Shown here one piece after another: positions 13,701-25,139 of a DNA stretch of 64,000 bases. The DNA is taken from the NCBI RefSeq assembly GCF_016432865.1, contig NC_067400.1:352346001-352410000 (forward strand), read 5' to 3'. Origin of the DNA: Antechinus flavipes (taxonomy: Eukaryota). A program made the translations under genes and the position numbers. Within the stretch, counting starts at the first letter, position 1, and the number at the start of each line of letters is the position of its first letter. Under the pieces are notes generated by a model. It worked only from the letters and a program-made list of their open reading frames with translations, was not told where the DNA came from and did not search any database.

Positions 13701-15264
13701 CCTGCATATAGCAGGTACTTAAAACAGTATTTTACAGGTGAAGACACAGACTCAGAAGTTAAATGACTTCCTTAATCACATAGACTGTAAGTGGCAGACT
13801 TGAAACTCAAACCCAGGTCTTTTGTCCCCCAAATCCAGCGTCCTTACATCATGCCACATTATTGCTTCCTTAAAGTAATTATCAAAAAAATTTTACATGT
13901 AGTTTTCTATTATTTGGTGGACTTTTGTTACTATGAAATGAGAGGCAATTAAATATGTAATAGCATGTTTTAAATTAACAAACATGCATATTTATAAAAG
14001 TATGAAGTCATTTGCTTTTTGAACAAGGTGCTATACTTGATTCTAAAAATTGATCCTTCTGAAGCAAAAAATTAATCAATTAGTTTGTAATCAATAATAC
14101 ACATATTCTAGTTAGATTTTTGTCAATATAGACTCTCCCAGTGTCACTGCTTAAGAACTGACATGATCCAGGATAGGGACATGTTGATAATTCCACTTAA
14201 CAGTTGTTTTTACAAACATTTTTGGTCATAATTTAAACCTGAATTTTTTAATTTCACAAGTCAAATCTACACAGAAAATATATTTCCAAATACATCCATA
14301 GTAAGACAATGGTGATGATGTGTCACTTACACTCCTCTTTAGTGGATCTCCAGGTTTGTACAATGCAAAAAGGATTGTTTCAAGAGAGTATACTCTTATA
14401 TCACAGTGCAACAATCATTCCAAGAAACTCTTCAGTTGAAATGGGAAGATTATAAAGGGAATAAAAATGAGCTTCAATCTGCAGCACAAAATTTCTAAGG
14501 TATAGTTTTTAAGCTTTCCTTCTAAAAGGAAATAGTTTCACTATGTTGTTCTGCTCCCTCTTTGTCTACCCAATTACATATAATGATAAATCAGTCTATG
14601 ATGACATTCTTTTTGCCTAAGTTGTATGGAACAATTCTTTACCTAAACGGGGAATCTCGTGAGCAAATCAACTTCAGAGTGGCACATTGTGAATCTACTA
14701 CTTTCAGATAAAAAAAGAAATTATTTTAGAACAACATCACTTATTGTGTGAGCATTCCTTTAAAGCCTCAACTTTTGGGAAGAACATAAAGCACTTAAAA
14801 ATATCTCTGAGAAGGCAAGGTCAGAAACAAAGAGATCATAATAGGGCTAAGTTTATATTTCCTGTTTAGAATGAAAACAAACCCTTCACCACAAACTCTT
14901 CACTAAATGTTCAACCAGTGAAACACTGAAGGGGAAAAATTGCACACACACAGCCATCAGTTTTGACAAGAGGCCCATCAATAGCTAAGTCTTTTACAGC
15001 CACATCATTATCAATCTGATCTGCCATATCTGATGCTTGACAACATTGTCTTCCCAACTGTTGACATACCCTGGAAAAGACTATCTTGTAAATCACAAAG
15101 AAAGATGACAGGTTTCATAGATTTCATAAGTGCTGATAGGAAGAAAGGCAGAAAAGTATAGATATTTTTCTCTTGAATATGTTGCAGAAGAAAATGTGCC
15201 ATTTTCACACTGAAAAGGTTTATGACAACTTCATATTAACATAGTACTTTGCAGGAAGAAAACA

Positions 15265-15515
15265 AAAATTTATTAAATGTCTACTATGTCTGACACTGTA
15301 CTAAGTGTTTTGCAAATATTACCTCATTTAATTCTCTCAACAACCCTGGAAAGTAGGTGTTGCTATTATTATCCCCATATTATAGTTGAGGAAACTGAGA
15401 CAAGTAGCAGTTAAATGTCTTTCCCAGGGTCACAAGGTTAGAGTCTGAGACTAGATTTGAACTCAGACCTTCCTGACTCCAAACACAAGTACTCTATCTA
15501 CTCTACCACTAAACT
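15265..15515 (-). mobile_element. CORE-SINE (MIR/Ther-1-like with L2-type tail)
   Basis: atttattaaatgtctactatgt...gaggaaactgagaca...cccagggtcaca...atttgaactcagaccttcctgactcc. Confidence 0.75.
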
Positions 15516-16157
15516 ATCTATACATAAACAAATTTGATTCCTACAACTATCCTCTGAGACATTAAGTAATGCAAAGATTATCTCTATCTTACAGATGAGA
15601 GAACTGAAGCTCAGATAGGTAACAATCTCCCCAAAGTAACGTAGCTATAATAATGAATTCAATTGGATAACAAAATTCTTGCTGTAGTAAAGTGCTGAGT
15701 TATTTGAAATTACTCTAGTTCAGAAATGGTGATGATTGGCTATTTTGTAATGAAGTGCCCAAAATTGATATAAATGTATTGAAGTAGGAATACATTTCTA
15801 CTGCATTTTGGAATCAAGAGGATCTGAATTTGAGTATTAGCTCTGCTTCTTTGTATCTGTAGAACTTTGGACAAGTCAACTTCTCTGGGGCTGTTTACTC
15901 ACCTGCAAAATGAGGGAGTTGGACTAAATAGTTTTTGAAGTTCCTTCAGCTCTAAATTTCCCACCTCAATTCTATATTGGGATGACAGTTACCAGTTAAA
16001 ACAACTTGTGAAATTGTATTAAGCACCTAGTATTGTGCTAGGACCATTGGGGAAAAGAAACTGACTACAAAAAAATCAGAGTTGACTACCTCAGTAACAA
16101 TTTCTTGAAGAAAAAAAAAAGAAAAAAATTTCCTTTTCCATCTATGTAGTGCGATTA

Positions 16158-16240
16158 AAGAATATCCCAAAAATCTCAGCACCATTTTAAGCCTCAGCTA
16201 TTAAGGATTAAAACTGTACTAAAATTTTAGAATACTCCAT
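16158..16240. mobile_element. degenerate ~80-bp palindromic Tc1/mariner-type MITE
   Basis: Imperfect inverted arms gaatatcccaaaaatctcagcaccattttaa / ttaaaactgtactaaaattttagaatactc resembling the marsupial non-autonomous mariner palindrome as recalled. Confidence 0.5.
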
Positions 16241-17959
16241 TAAAGGTGTGCTATTTATCGAAAATGAAAGTGATTACTATAGAAAGGTAGGAGTACTAAA
16301 TTATTCACTGCAGGGAATTGTTTGTAACTAGATCAACAAAATGAAGATACACCATGGAAAGTTTTCTTATAGATAACCATGTTTGCAATGGTATCCCCTT
16401 TCAAAGGGTTCTTACCTGAAGTTAGTGTTGGGGTAGGAGAGAGGAAGAAAAACATTTATGCTCTCCTTATTAATGGAGAGTCAACAAATTCATAAGCAGA
16501 AGTGTCTCAGTAGGAATCACCATAGCAGGAATCTCCCACCACAGGATTTAAGAGAATAGCTTAGTCTGTTGGAAGTAAAGAGAATGTGAGTCCTTCCCAA
16601 TTTCCTTTTGTTTCCTTCTCCTCAATGTTACCCTTCCAATCTTTCTGTATTATTTTACCTAGTATTGCTTGCTGGGATGAGGGTAGGTACCGTTATAAGG
16701 CAAAAATGTAGAAATCATTTTCTCATGTAGGAATGGCAAATCAAACAAAGGAGAATCAAATGACAATAAAATCTATTCATTCATTTATCCATCACCTAAA
16801 TGTCTTAAAGCACCTGACAAAGTGCTAGGATGGATGCAAAGATGAAGAATACACAGTCCCTGTCCCTTTACTCCAAACAGAATAATACAACATGAAAACC
16901 ATTTCTTGAAAATTTATATCTCCTTAAAAAGTAAGAATACTAAGAAAATATAAAAGATAATAAGAATAATATATATTATTGAAACCAATTATTTCTTAGA
17001 CATTGAATTTTTCTTGTTTGTTAGTTCAACATAAAAAAGAATACTATCATTAAATAAATGTACATTGTCACAAGATTTTACTGCATCATAAAGTTATCTA
17101 TGCTGTCTTCTTTATTTTCATGTTTACAGTCTTCTTTTCAATATTTCAATATTCAATAAAAATCATACTTATTGTTGGCTTTCTTGACAAGTAGATATAT
17201 ACATTCTGAGTGAAAACATAAAATCCATAAGAAAATTACAGGGAAATGATTATTAAATGCTCAAGAGACTAATTTATGGGAAATGAGAAAGAACTAATGT
17301 TGGCACTTAGCTGAGAATTGACATTGACAAAGTAATCATCTACAGTGAATTGAAGATTATAAAAAAGCAAAAGGCTTTGGAATTAGAAATATGATTAAAA
17401 AAAAACACTTAGAATGAAATATTTAAAAGTTGTTGGGGTAGCTTTACCAACTTGAAGTGATAGTTTTGAAAGTCTAAAAAGTTAACCACCTGTCTGATGA
17501 AGAAAATGTGATAGAGATTTAATTTCAGATGCTAATTTCTCAATTAGGCCTATAGGATATATACTGTATATGACAGGTACTTCATAAATACTTAAAAGAA
17601 TCTTCCAAGACTAATATATAATGATTAAGTGTGTCTATACAAGATCGTAACACCAAATTTTCATTACATTTGTTTTCAGACAATTTGCAAAAAATTTTCT
17701 AAAAGCATGATGTCTTTGCAAATAATACTCTCTATTAATAGACTAATTTCCCCTTAATTATTTCTTTTTACAAGTTAAAACTCTTTAGGTTATTTGGCCC
17801 ATCAGGCTGATTCACAGTATGATCACTTATTATTTACTGAGACAAAAAAGGACAAAAATGATAATCATATATTTAATATGTATCTTGCTTTTAAAAGCAA
17901 CTTTTAAAGTTAAGTACAGAGATCTTTTAACTTATTAGTAAAGTTTTCATAGTGCTTAC

Positions 17960-19541
17960 AAAATTGTATCTAAAATATTTTCTTATTTATTCTAACTTAA
18001 TAACAGCTTTTTGAAGACAATAATAATTTATAGCAGCCTACACATGCTACTGTAGCAAAGGCTGGGTCCACACGTTTAGTATGAATTTTTTTAGGATTTC
18101 ATAATTCCCAGTCTTAAAATGTGAAAGCAGACTAAAATTTGGCATAAAAGGTCTTAGTTTGGTAACAAGTTCATTAAACTAAAGTTTATTTTTAAAAAGC
18201 TACTTAATATCATAGGAGAATATGGGTGTATGTGTATTTACATACACATACACACGCACTCTCTATATACACACACATATATTTTGAAATATTTTCCATA
18301 TAGCAAAAATTATTATTGATTTCAAATATGAAATTTGGAAATAAATTCACTAAGAATATGCTTACAATTATTCTTAAATGATTATAATCTTAAAAAGCAG
18401 ATAAAATGCAAAGAACTTTTAAAGAAGACCTTTAATATGCATAAAACTCTCAATACATATTTAACCAATAGATTGGAACTCTTTACTATTGAGTACGTTA
18501 ATACATAAAAAAAATTACATGCCCCCAATTGCATAAAATGAGGCTGTAAATACAAGGATTCCAACGACAAGTCAACCAAGCCAAAGCGGTTTGTTAACAT
18601 TATCAGAACCCCCAAAATAGCATTAGAACCTTCATTTCTACAGATATGGGAGTTGTTTCATGTGCAAAAGAATTAAGAGGTGCTAAATTTCTTGTGACTA
18701 TTAAAAAAGCCACTTTAAACATTGCGTAGTTGCAGAAAGCCTTTCACCCCTCCCCCCCCAAAAAAAAAACAACATTCATTCCAGTTTTGCTCTTGCATGG
18801 CCCTTATTTTTTTTTTAACTATTCATCCTCTCCTAAAATCAGACTGGAAAATAATAATGCTGATGATCTCTCACGGGCTTCAAATATAATACAAGTAATA
18901 TATGTCTAAATAGTAAAATTTGTCTAAATTCTTTGGATTCTCCCCAGACTTGCAGGTAGATATGTATTTCAAAACATTTCACAAAAAGTTCATTTTTATC
19001 ACAAAAGACAAAAAATTCAAATACTCTAGGCTTTTGTTTACACATTAAGATGGAATCCCAAACACAAAGTCGGGTACCCATAACTCACACTGATGTTCAT
19101 AGAAATATAAAAGGCGAGAAAATAAAAAATAAAAGAGAAAATATCAGCTGATCAATTGAATTCTTGGCCTTCCTCTTTACATTATGCCATTTCAATAATT
19201 TTAATATGTTCATAATATACTCATATTCTGCATGACAGTAATATAATGTTTTGGCACATTAACATTGTGATAAAATATATGTTAAAAAATTTAAAACTCA
19301 TCTATTAACCAATATTCTTGTTTGTGGTGCATCATTTTTTTACAGTTACTTAAATCAAATACACAAAGGTTTGTAACTGATTTATAGAAGTAGCAATCAC
19401 AGATTGCAGAAATATATACCACTGAAGGGAAAAACTGCATCTTAGCAATTTTACAGTCCAATGTTTTCTTGGTGTCTCTATAATTTACATGCTTCTTTAA
19501 ATCTTGGGTTTTTTCTGTACAAAAACATATTTTTGCTTTCT
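17960..19541 (-). other. INSIG2: INSIG2 3'UTR (distal end uncertain)
   Basis: Repeat-free AT-rich sequence after the stop; AATAAA on the minus strand at 18190-18185 and 17991-17986. Confidence 0.65.
17986..17991 (-). terminator. candidate poly(A) signal AATAAA
   Basis: TTTATT on the plus strand. Alternatives at 18185-18190 and 17111-17116. Confidence 0.45.
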
Positions 19542-19583
19542 TCATTCTTGATGAGATTTTTCTGCAGTGACTTTACATTCATA
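19542..19583 (-). CDS. INSIG2: INSIG2 exon 6 coding part (YECKVTAEKSHQE*)
   Basis: Acceptor ttttgcag|TAT; TGA at 19544-19542. Summed CDS 244+125+167+100+42 = 678 nt = 225 aa + stop. Confidence 0.97.
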   Translation of the reverse strand, partial: YECKVTAEKSHQE

Positions 19584-20522
19584 CTGCAAAAAATTAAAAA
19601 ATTAACAAATAAAGCTTTCTTTTATAAAACAGCTTTCAAATAACTATAAGGCTAAAATGCTTTGCAGAATTATTAGAAAATGACAAAAGAATACGGAGAA
19701 AGAAACATCTACAACTAATTAGAGAGCTTAAAACCTTAAAAGGGCAGGAGGAAAGTATAACTTGTTCACATAAATAAGTATGACTTAAGATCAGAATTGC
19801 TAGTATGAAACAAAAAGGGTACATAGGTCTTTTTTTTAATGATCATAAAGTAAAGAATGCCAAATAAGAGCAAGTGAATTTAAGGAGTAGAGTGCTTACT
19901 TATTTTGAATATACAATTTTTTGCAGGTTTGAAGAAAATAGCATTACTAGGCCATAGCTCATGAGGAAACCAAACAATGGTATGTAAAGAAAATACCCTT
20001 AAAAATTTAAGCACAGGTTTTGCACAACTGATTGGCGATAAGAGAAAGTACTAAAGATAACAATTAGATGACAATTACTAAAGACAGTGAATTAATCTAA
20101 TTTGCTCAAAAGTAAATGGAGATGGTCTCAGCATAGTATCTTTGTAAAAATCCCTAATATCCTAAAAACCTAACAAAATGGCAGAAAAATATGCAAAATT
20201 TACCAATGAGATTTTTTTTTTTTAAACTCAGTAACAATCTGAGTGTGCCATTACCTGGAATACTGTATGCTACAAACACAAAAGTAAACTATAAATACAT
20301 GAAAATAATGTATTGGTCACATAAATCTTTTTCAGTTTCTCACTTAATGATATTTATCTTTCTTATATCATTTCAATCCAAATTTTTCATTTCAATGTAT
20401 TCCTAAAGTAACAGAACTTTAAAATTTTTATCTTTACAAAATTTAAAGATTTCTTTAAATATGTGACCCTGAAGAAAAATATGTCACATACAAAAATACT
20501 ACACCAATAAGCTTTAACTTAC

Positions 20523-20622
20523 CATAGCTAGTTGTCGACCAATGTTTCCCATTGTTATGCCACCAGCAAAAAATATACATGGTAACCAAGAACGAACATA
20601 AAGAAAATCTGGAGATGTATAT
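20523..20622 (-). CDS. INSIG2: INSIG2 exon 5 ([33 protein letters not shown])
   Basis: 100 nt; acceptor cattctag|A; donor ATG|gtaagt; contains the INSIG C-terminal motif GNIGRQLAM. Confidence 0.98.
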
Positions 20623-20817
20623 CTAGAATGAAAGAAATAATTTTTAGTGACATTCAGAAAAAGGAAAACAACTATAACCAGAAAAAAATTTGACTTGGCA
20701 AGAAAATGATCATGGAAACACTAAACTGGATGTACTCAATTTCCAAATATGTTTAAATTAAAAATCTATTCTTCTTTTCATTCATTATAAATCTCTACCA
20801 AAAATACAAATACTTAC

Positions 20818-20984
20818 TGATAAACCCCATTATAGACAAGTAGTTGTGTGACCAAGGTTGCCAAGAAAGCAATTCCTACTCCAAGGCCAAAACCACTTCG
20901 TGATCTATCAAAAGTCCACCACAGACCAATGGACAGTGCAGCTAGAGTGAGAGACAACTGTATATTGTTGTCAAAATCTACTTT
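20818..20984 (-). CDS. INSIG2: INSIG2 exon 4 ([56 protein letters not shown])
   Basis: 167 nt; acceptor atccttaacagtaatcccag|AAA; donor TCA|gtaagt; INSIG-family sequence. Confidence 0.98.
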
Positions 20985-22904
20985 CTGGGATTACTGTTAA
21001 GGATTCATTTTTAAATCTCCAAACAAAGCAAAACAATGCATTTTTTATAAACCAACAGAAACCCTGTATTGGATGCTACTGGTAAGAAAGGAATATTAAC
21101 TCCGTTTACTCTCAAATATATTGTTTTTCAGTTCAACAGAGAATACTTTAGTGCATAAGAACAATCAGTAACATTAGCATCACTAATTATTTATTAAGGA
21201 AAAAGAAGACATGGACAATTTAATAAACAAAATATGGAATCCTTTAATACCTTCCAAAAGTAAATAGTGTATCCCTTCTTCAATTATAAGATCTGATCTA
21301 ATTATAAGATATATTATTAGAAGAAAAAATCATGTATCTGAAAACTTCTTAACATGGGTCAAAAATTAATATACAGCTTTAAGATTTTTTTTTGTTTTTT
21401 AAATTTTTTTGCTTTTTAAAAAACGTCCTCATGAGATTATTTCTGAAACTGGTTTAGAATTACTTGAGAATCATACGAGAATTTGAAAATAGAAGAGTTG
21501 ACAGCTATTTAACAGGGTACCACATTTTCTATGTGATTTACTGACAGACACATTTTATAATAATGCAGTTCGGAAACAAGAGTACCAAGGACACAGTATG
21601 CCTTTCTATTATGTCAACTGTTCTAGTTTTAATTTGTTGTGGATAAAGCCTTGAAATGGGCATTATCTTGCAACCTGTCACGTTATTTTGGTGTCTGAGA
21701 CTTTTTGGTATAGGACAGTTTGTTCAAGTGATATTTTATTTCAAGCACCTACTTAAGCATCTATTCACAAATGTGTGGCTCTTTTCTTCCCCAAATCTCT
21801 TTTTACAAAATAGAGCTTTGCAAATTCAATTTTCTCATTTCTTTGCTAAAGGATTATACTAAAGGTATTAATTTCAGATGTCATTAAAAGGGCATTATCT
21901 AGGTCCCACAAGGCCACACTGTGGCTCTTCAGACATATGAAGCTCTCTGGGATTGGGGGGGATGTGGGGGGAAGTGGGGGAGGAAGTGTCCAGTGTTTCT
22001 CTTGAGACCATCTAGTTCTGCCTTTGCTGCAAAGAAAGACAAGCACAGTAGACAGCATTAAAAATATCCCACAAGGAGCTCTCTTTTTCCTTTCTACATA
22101 TCCTCTTGCTTCTCTTCTCCTCCCAGCAACCAGCATTTCTTCTACCTCACTTAGCCTGAAGTGTTCAGAAACAAAGAATTAGTCAGATACAACTCTCCAA
22201 GGTTACTAAGTGTGGTCATTCATTGTCTAGGTTTAGATTGTACTATAACCTGGTTTATAGCTGTACTTGTTGGAAAAGCTTTTTTTATCCTTCAGTTGGC
22301 AATAAACTTAACAGTCCAAAATAAACCTCTGATTTCTAGGAAGCAGTAAACACACTGCTACAGTATGAAATCTGGCACTAGATGGATCCATTTTAGACTC
22401 ATTCAAGGAGTTTGGTTAGGATATCATTGTAGGTCAATATCACAAAAAGACTTGGAAAAAAAAAATAGAAAGATATGTCTCAGTGTGTCTCAAAATGCAA
22501 TATCCCTTTAGAAAGTTCAAGTGATTCAATACCACATTCCCTCATCATAAACAATGGCAGTAGACTTTAGGATAAAGGTAATAAGGAAGATAAAGGAAAG
22601 AAATTTAAAAATAAAAGGAAAAGTATTAGAAAGAAGGGAGCCTCTGATAATTTTTTCACTAAAAAAAGGGAAGTGAAAAATTAGTTTAAAATAAAGTGGG
22701 ATTATTAAGATTCAAAAGAGGCCTTTTTTTAAAAATCACTAAAAATGAAGAGATTGGAACTAAATGATATCATTGGAACATAAGCTTCTTTAAGGCTGAG
22801 ATTATTTCCCTTTTTGTTTTTATATCACTAGTAGAGTGCTCTACACACAGTACTAAATTGCTAACTCTAAGGTCTCTTCAGGATAGCAAGGAAGTGCAAT
22901 GGAT

Positions 22905-23132
22905 AAATACTGGCTCTAATATTAGGAAGGCCTCAGTTAAAATATTATCTCAAGACACTTATTAGCTGTGTGATCCTTGGCAAGTCACTTGACCCTGTGT
23001 GCCTCAGTTTCCTTATCGATAAAAATAAACTGGAAAAGGAAGTGGCAAATCACTCCAGTATCTTTGCCAAGAAACCCCCACATGGGGTCATGGAAAGTTG
23101 GACACAACTGAAATTACTGAACAACAATAACA
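22905..23132 (+). mobile_element. CORE-SINE with RTE/Bov-B-type tail (Mar1-like)
   Basis: CORE followed by ggaagtggcaaatcactccagtatctttgccaagaaacccc...ggacacaactgaaattactgaacaacaataacaa. Confidence 0.8.
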
Positions 23133-23214
23133 AAGTTTTAGAGCTCTAAAATTCTACTTTCTAAGTTCCTCCTAAGCCTATATGATTTATTTTCTACATG
23201 ACCACAAAATTCAA

Positions 23215-23300
23215 AGGATTTAATAAAATAATAAATAAAATTTAATAAAATAAAAAATAAAATTTAATAAATAAAAAATATTACTTAATTAAATCTTCAA
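23215..23300. repeat. A/T low-complexity (AATAAAAT-like) tract
   Basis: Almost pure A/T imperfect tandem array. Confidence 0.8.
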
Positions 23301-25014
23301 AATAAAAAGAATTATCAATGTAGAAATCAGAATAATGGTCCACAATGTTCTCTCAAAGATTTTCAATCATTCATATGTTTCTATGGGATATATTTGCATA
23401 GCCAAGACATTTATTAGACCCCAAATAATAACATTTCTTTTTAACAAAAAAAAAAAATTCTCATTTCTACCTCCCCTTTATACTTTCATAGTTGATCTCT
23501 TATATAAATTGTAAAAAAATCACAATACAAACCACTTTTCTCCATATTCCCAGACCAATGTCCCTGTGATTGCTATTCTCAAACTCTACAACTTACAATG
23601 TCTGAAATGTAAATAGATAAAAGGCATTTTTTAATACCTCTACTAGGATGAAATCAAGAACAACACATTGAGGTAGAATCTTAGGAGAAGGAAAAAGTAT
23701 TTAAGAGGTTGTTTAGTTTGTTGGTCTCTGGGGTAGGAAAGAGAGAACCAGGAAAACACAGGCTCACAGAATTACAGCAGGAAGGGCCTCCAGAGGTTGT
23801 ATTTTCCAACCCCATCATTTTAATGATAAGAAAAACTAAAGAGGCCTAACTTGTGAGTTGTACAAGAGTCACCCGGTAATTAAGTTATAGAGGAAGTATT
23901 TGAACTCAGGTCCAGTAAATTCAAATGTAGGCCAAAATGATTCCTACAGCTCTGAAACTCCAAGTAGGTTCTAGAGGCCAACAAGAGCTCAGATAAGGAG
24001 GATGAGTCACATGATAAAACTGGGGTGGAAGTGAGGAATGGGGAAAATATATAAGGGAAAAATAATAGAATTATCAATATTAAATAAGAATAATAAAGAA
24101 AATGAAAAATGGCTCATGAGGGGGACTAGCTAGCTCAGGATTACCCCCTTCTACATTACAATAATTAATGAAAATATTCTGCTTCCAGTACTGGGATGGA
24201 AGTCAACTTGTAATTCAAAGTATGAGTGACAGGCCTGACATAACCTATTAGCAGTTAATAGGAAAAGGAAAGGCACATAAGAGTACAGTAGCCTTTGCTC
24301 ATTATCCCCATACTTTTCCTCTTTAATTTCCACTCACCAGAAAAAAGGCTAAAACCAAAAATTGTGACTAACAACAATTATTTTAAAACTCTAAATTTAT
24401 ATTTATATTAGTGATTTTGTATTGAGATGACACCCAAAATTAGTGAAAATTACTAGAGAACTGATCTCAAAGGGCTAAGATGGAATGTATGTTTAAGGAT
24501 TTTACCTGCTAATTCCTAGCTTCACTGTTTCAACTTATTCTTGTTTGGGGAAGGGGGAATAAATTACTTTTTTGGTGATTAGTTATTTATTAAGATAAAC
24601 AAGTAACAGTCTACCTTTCAAAAAAACATTATAGCTCCAAGGTAAGTACCCAAACTTCATGCATTTCAGGATAAAATATAAGAGAAATATTATTCTAAAA
24701 AGAAAAGAAATTCCTGAGAACATGGTTTCACTTCTGAAATTAAAAACTAGATGGAATAAATTTAATCCAAAGAATTAAAAACTGTGAAGTTTTAAAAGAT
24801 ACATCAGAAAAATACATATTTTAAGGTAATACTTTAACCCACATAACTATATAATTGTTCCTCTATGAGTTTTTAACAATACACTTCAAATTCTCTTTAT
24901 GAGTAAGTGGGAATATCAAATTTTGACAACAGTTACACTGAAAGGGGCTGTTTAACCTTTGGTTCATAGGAAGCTGCTTTGTTATTATGCATTTCATTAT
25001 AGTGAAAAGGATAC

Positions 25015-25139
25015 AGCACTGGCATGATTTATACCAACAAAGACTGCTACACATCGCATTACACTGGACCACTCTCTTTTAAATTTATGTGGCTCTCCCA
25101 GATGCCTGTCAATGCAGGGGTATAATAACCCAATCACAG
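25015..25139 (-). CDS. INSIG2: INSIG2 exon 3 ([42 protein letters not shown])
   Basis: Acceptor ctcctttttccacag|CT; 125 nt; frame continues from exon 2; ends at the U12-type donor GTATCCTTT. Confidence 0.98.

Larger units (their letters stand above)
20985..25014 (-). other. INSIG2: U12-type (minor spliceosome) GT-AG intron 3 of INSIG2, 4030 nt
   Basis: 5' splice site GTATCCTTT (25014-25006); branch site TCCTTAAC (21003-20996) about 11-13 nt from the 3' AG; no polypyrimidine tract. Confidence 0.93.

Noticed and set aside
14911-15096. 61-aa ORF (…ASDMADQIDNDVAVKDLAIDGPLVK…) that looks protein-like
   Set aside because: No family recognised and no downstream donor or linked exons; motif content fits a regulatory element better.
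18235-18271. Two Pumilio elements (TGTAAATA, TGTATATA) in the 3'UTR
   Set aside because: Both lie within a TG/TA dinucleotide-rich patch that generates such motifs by chance.
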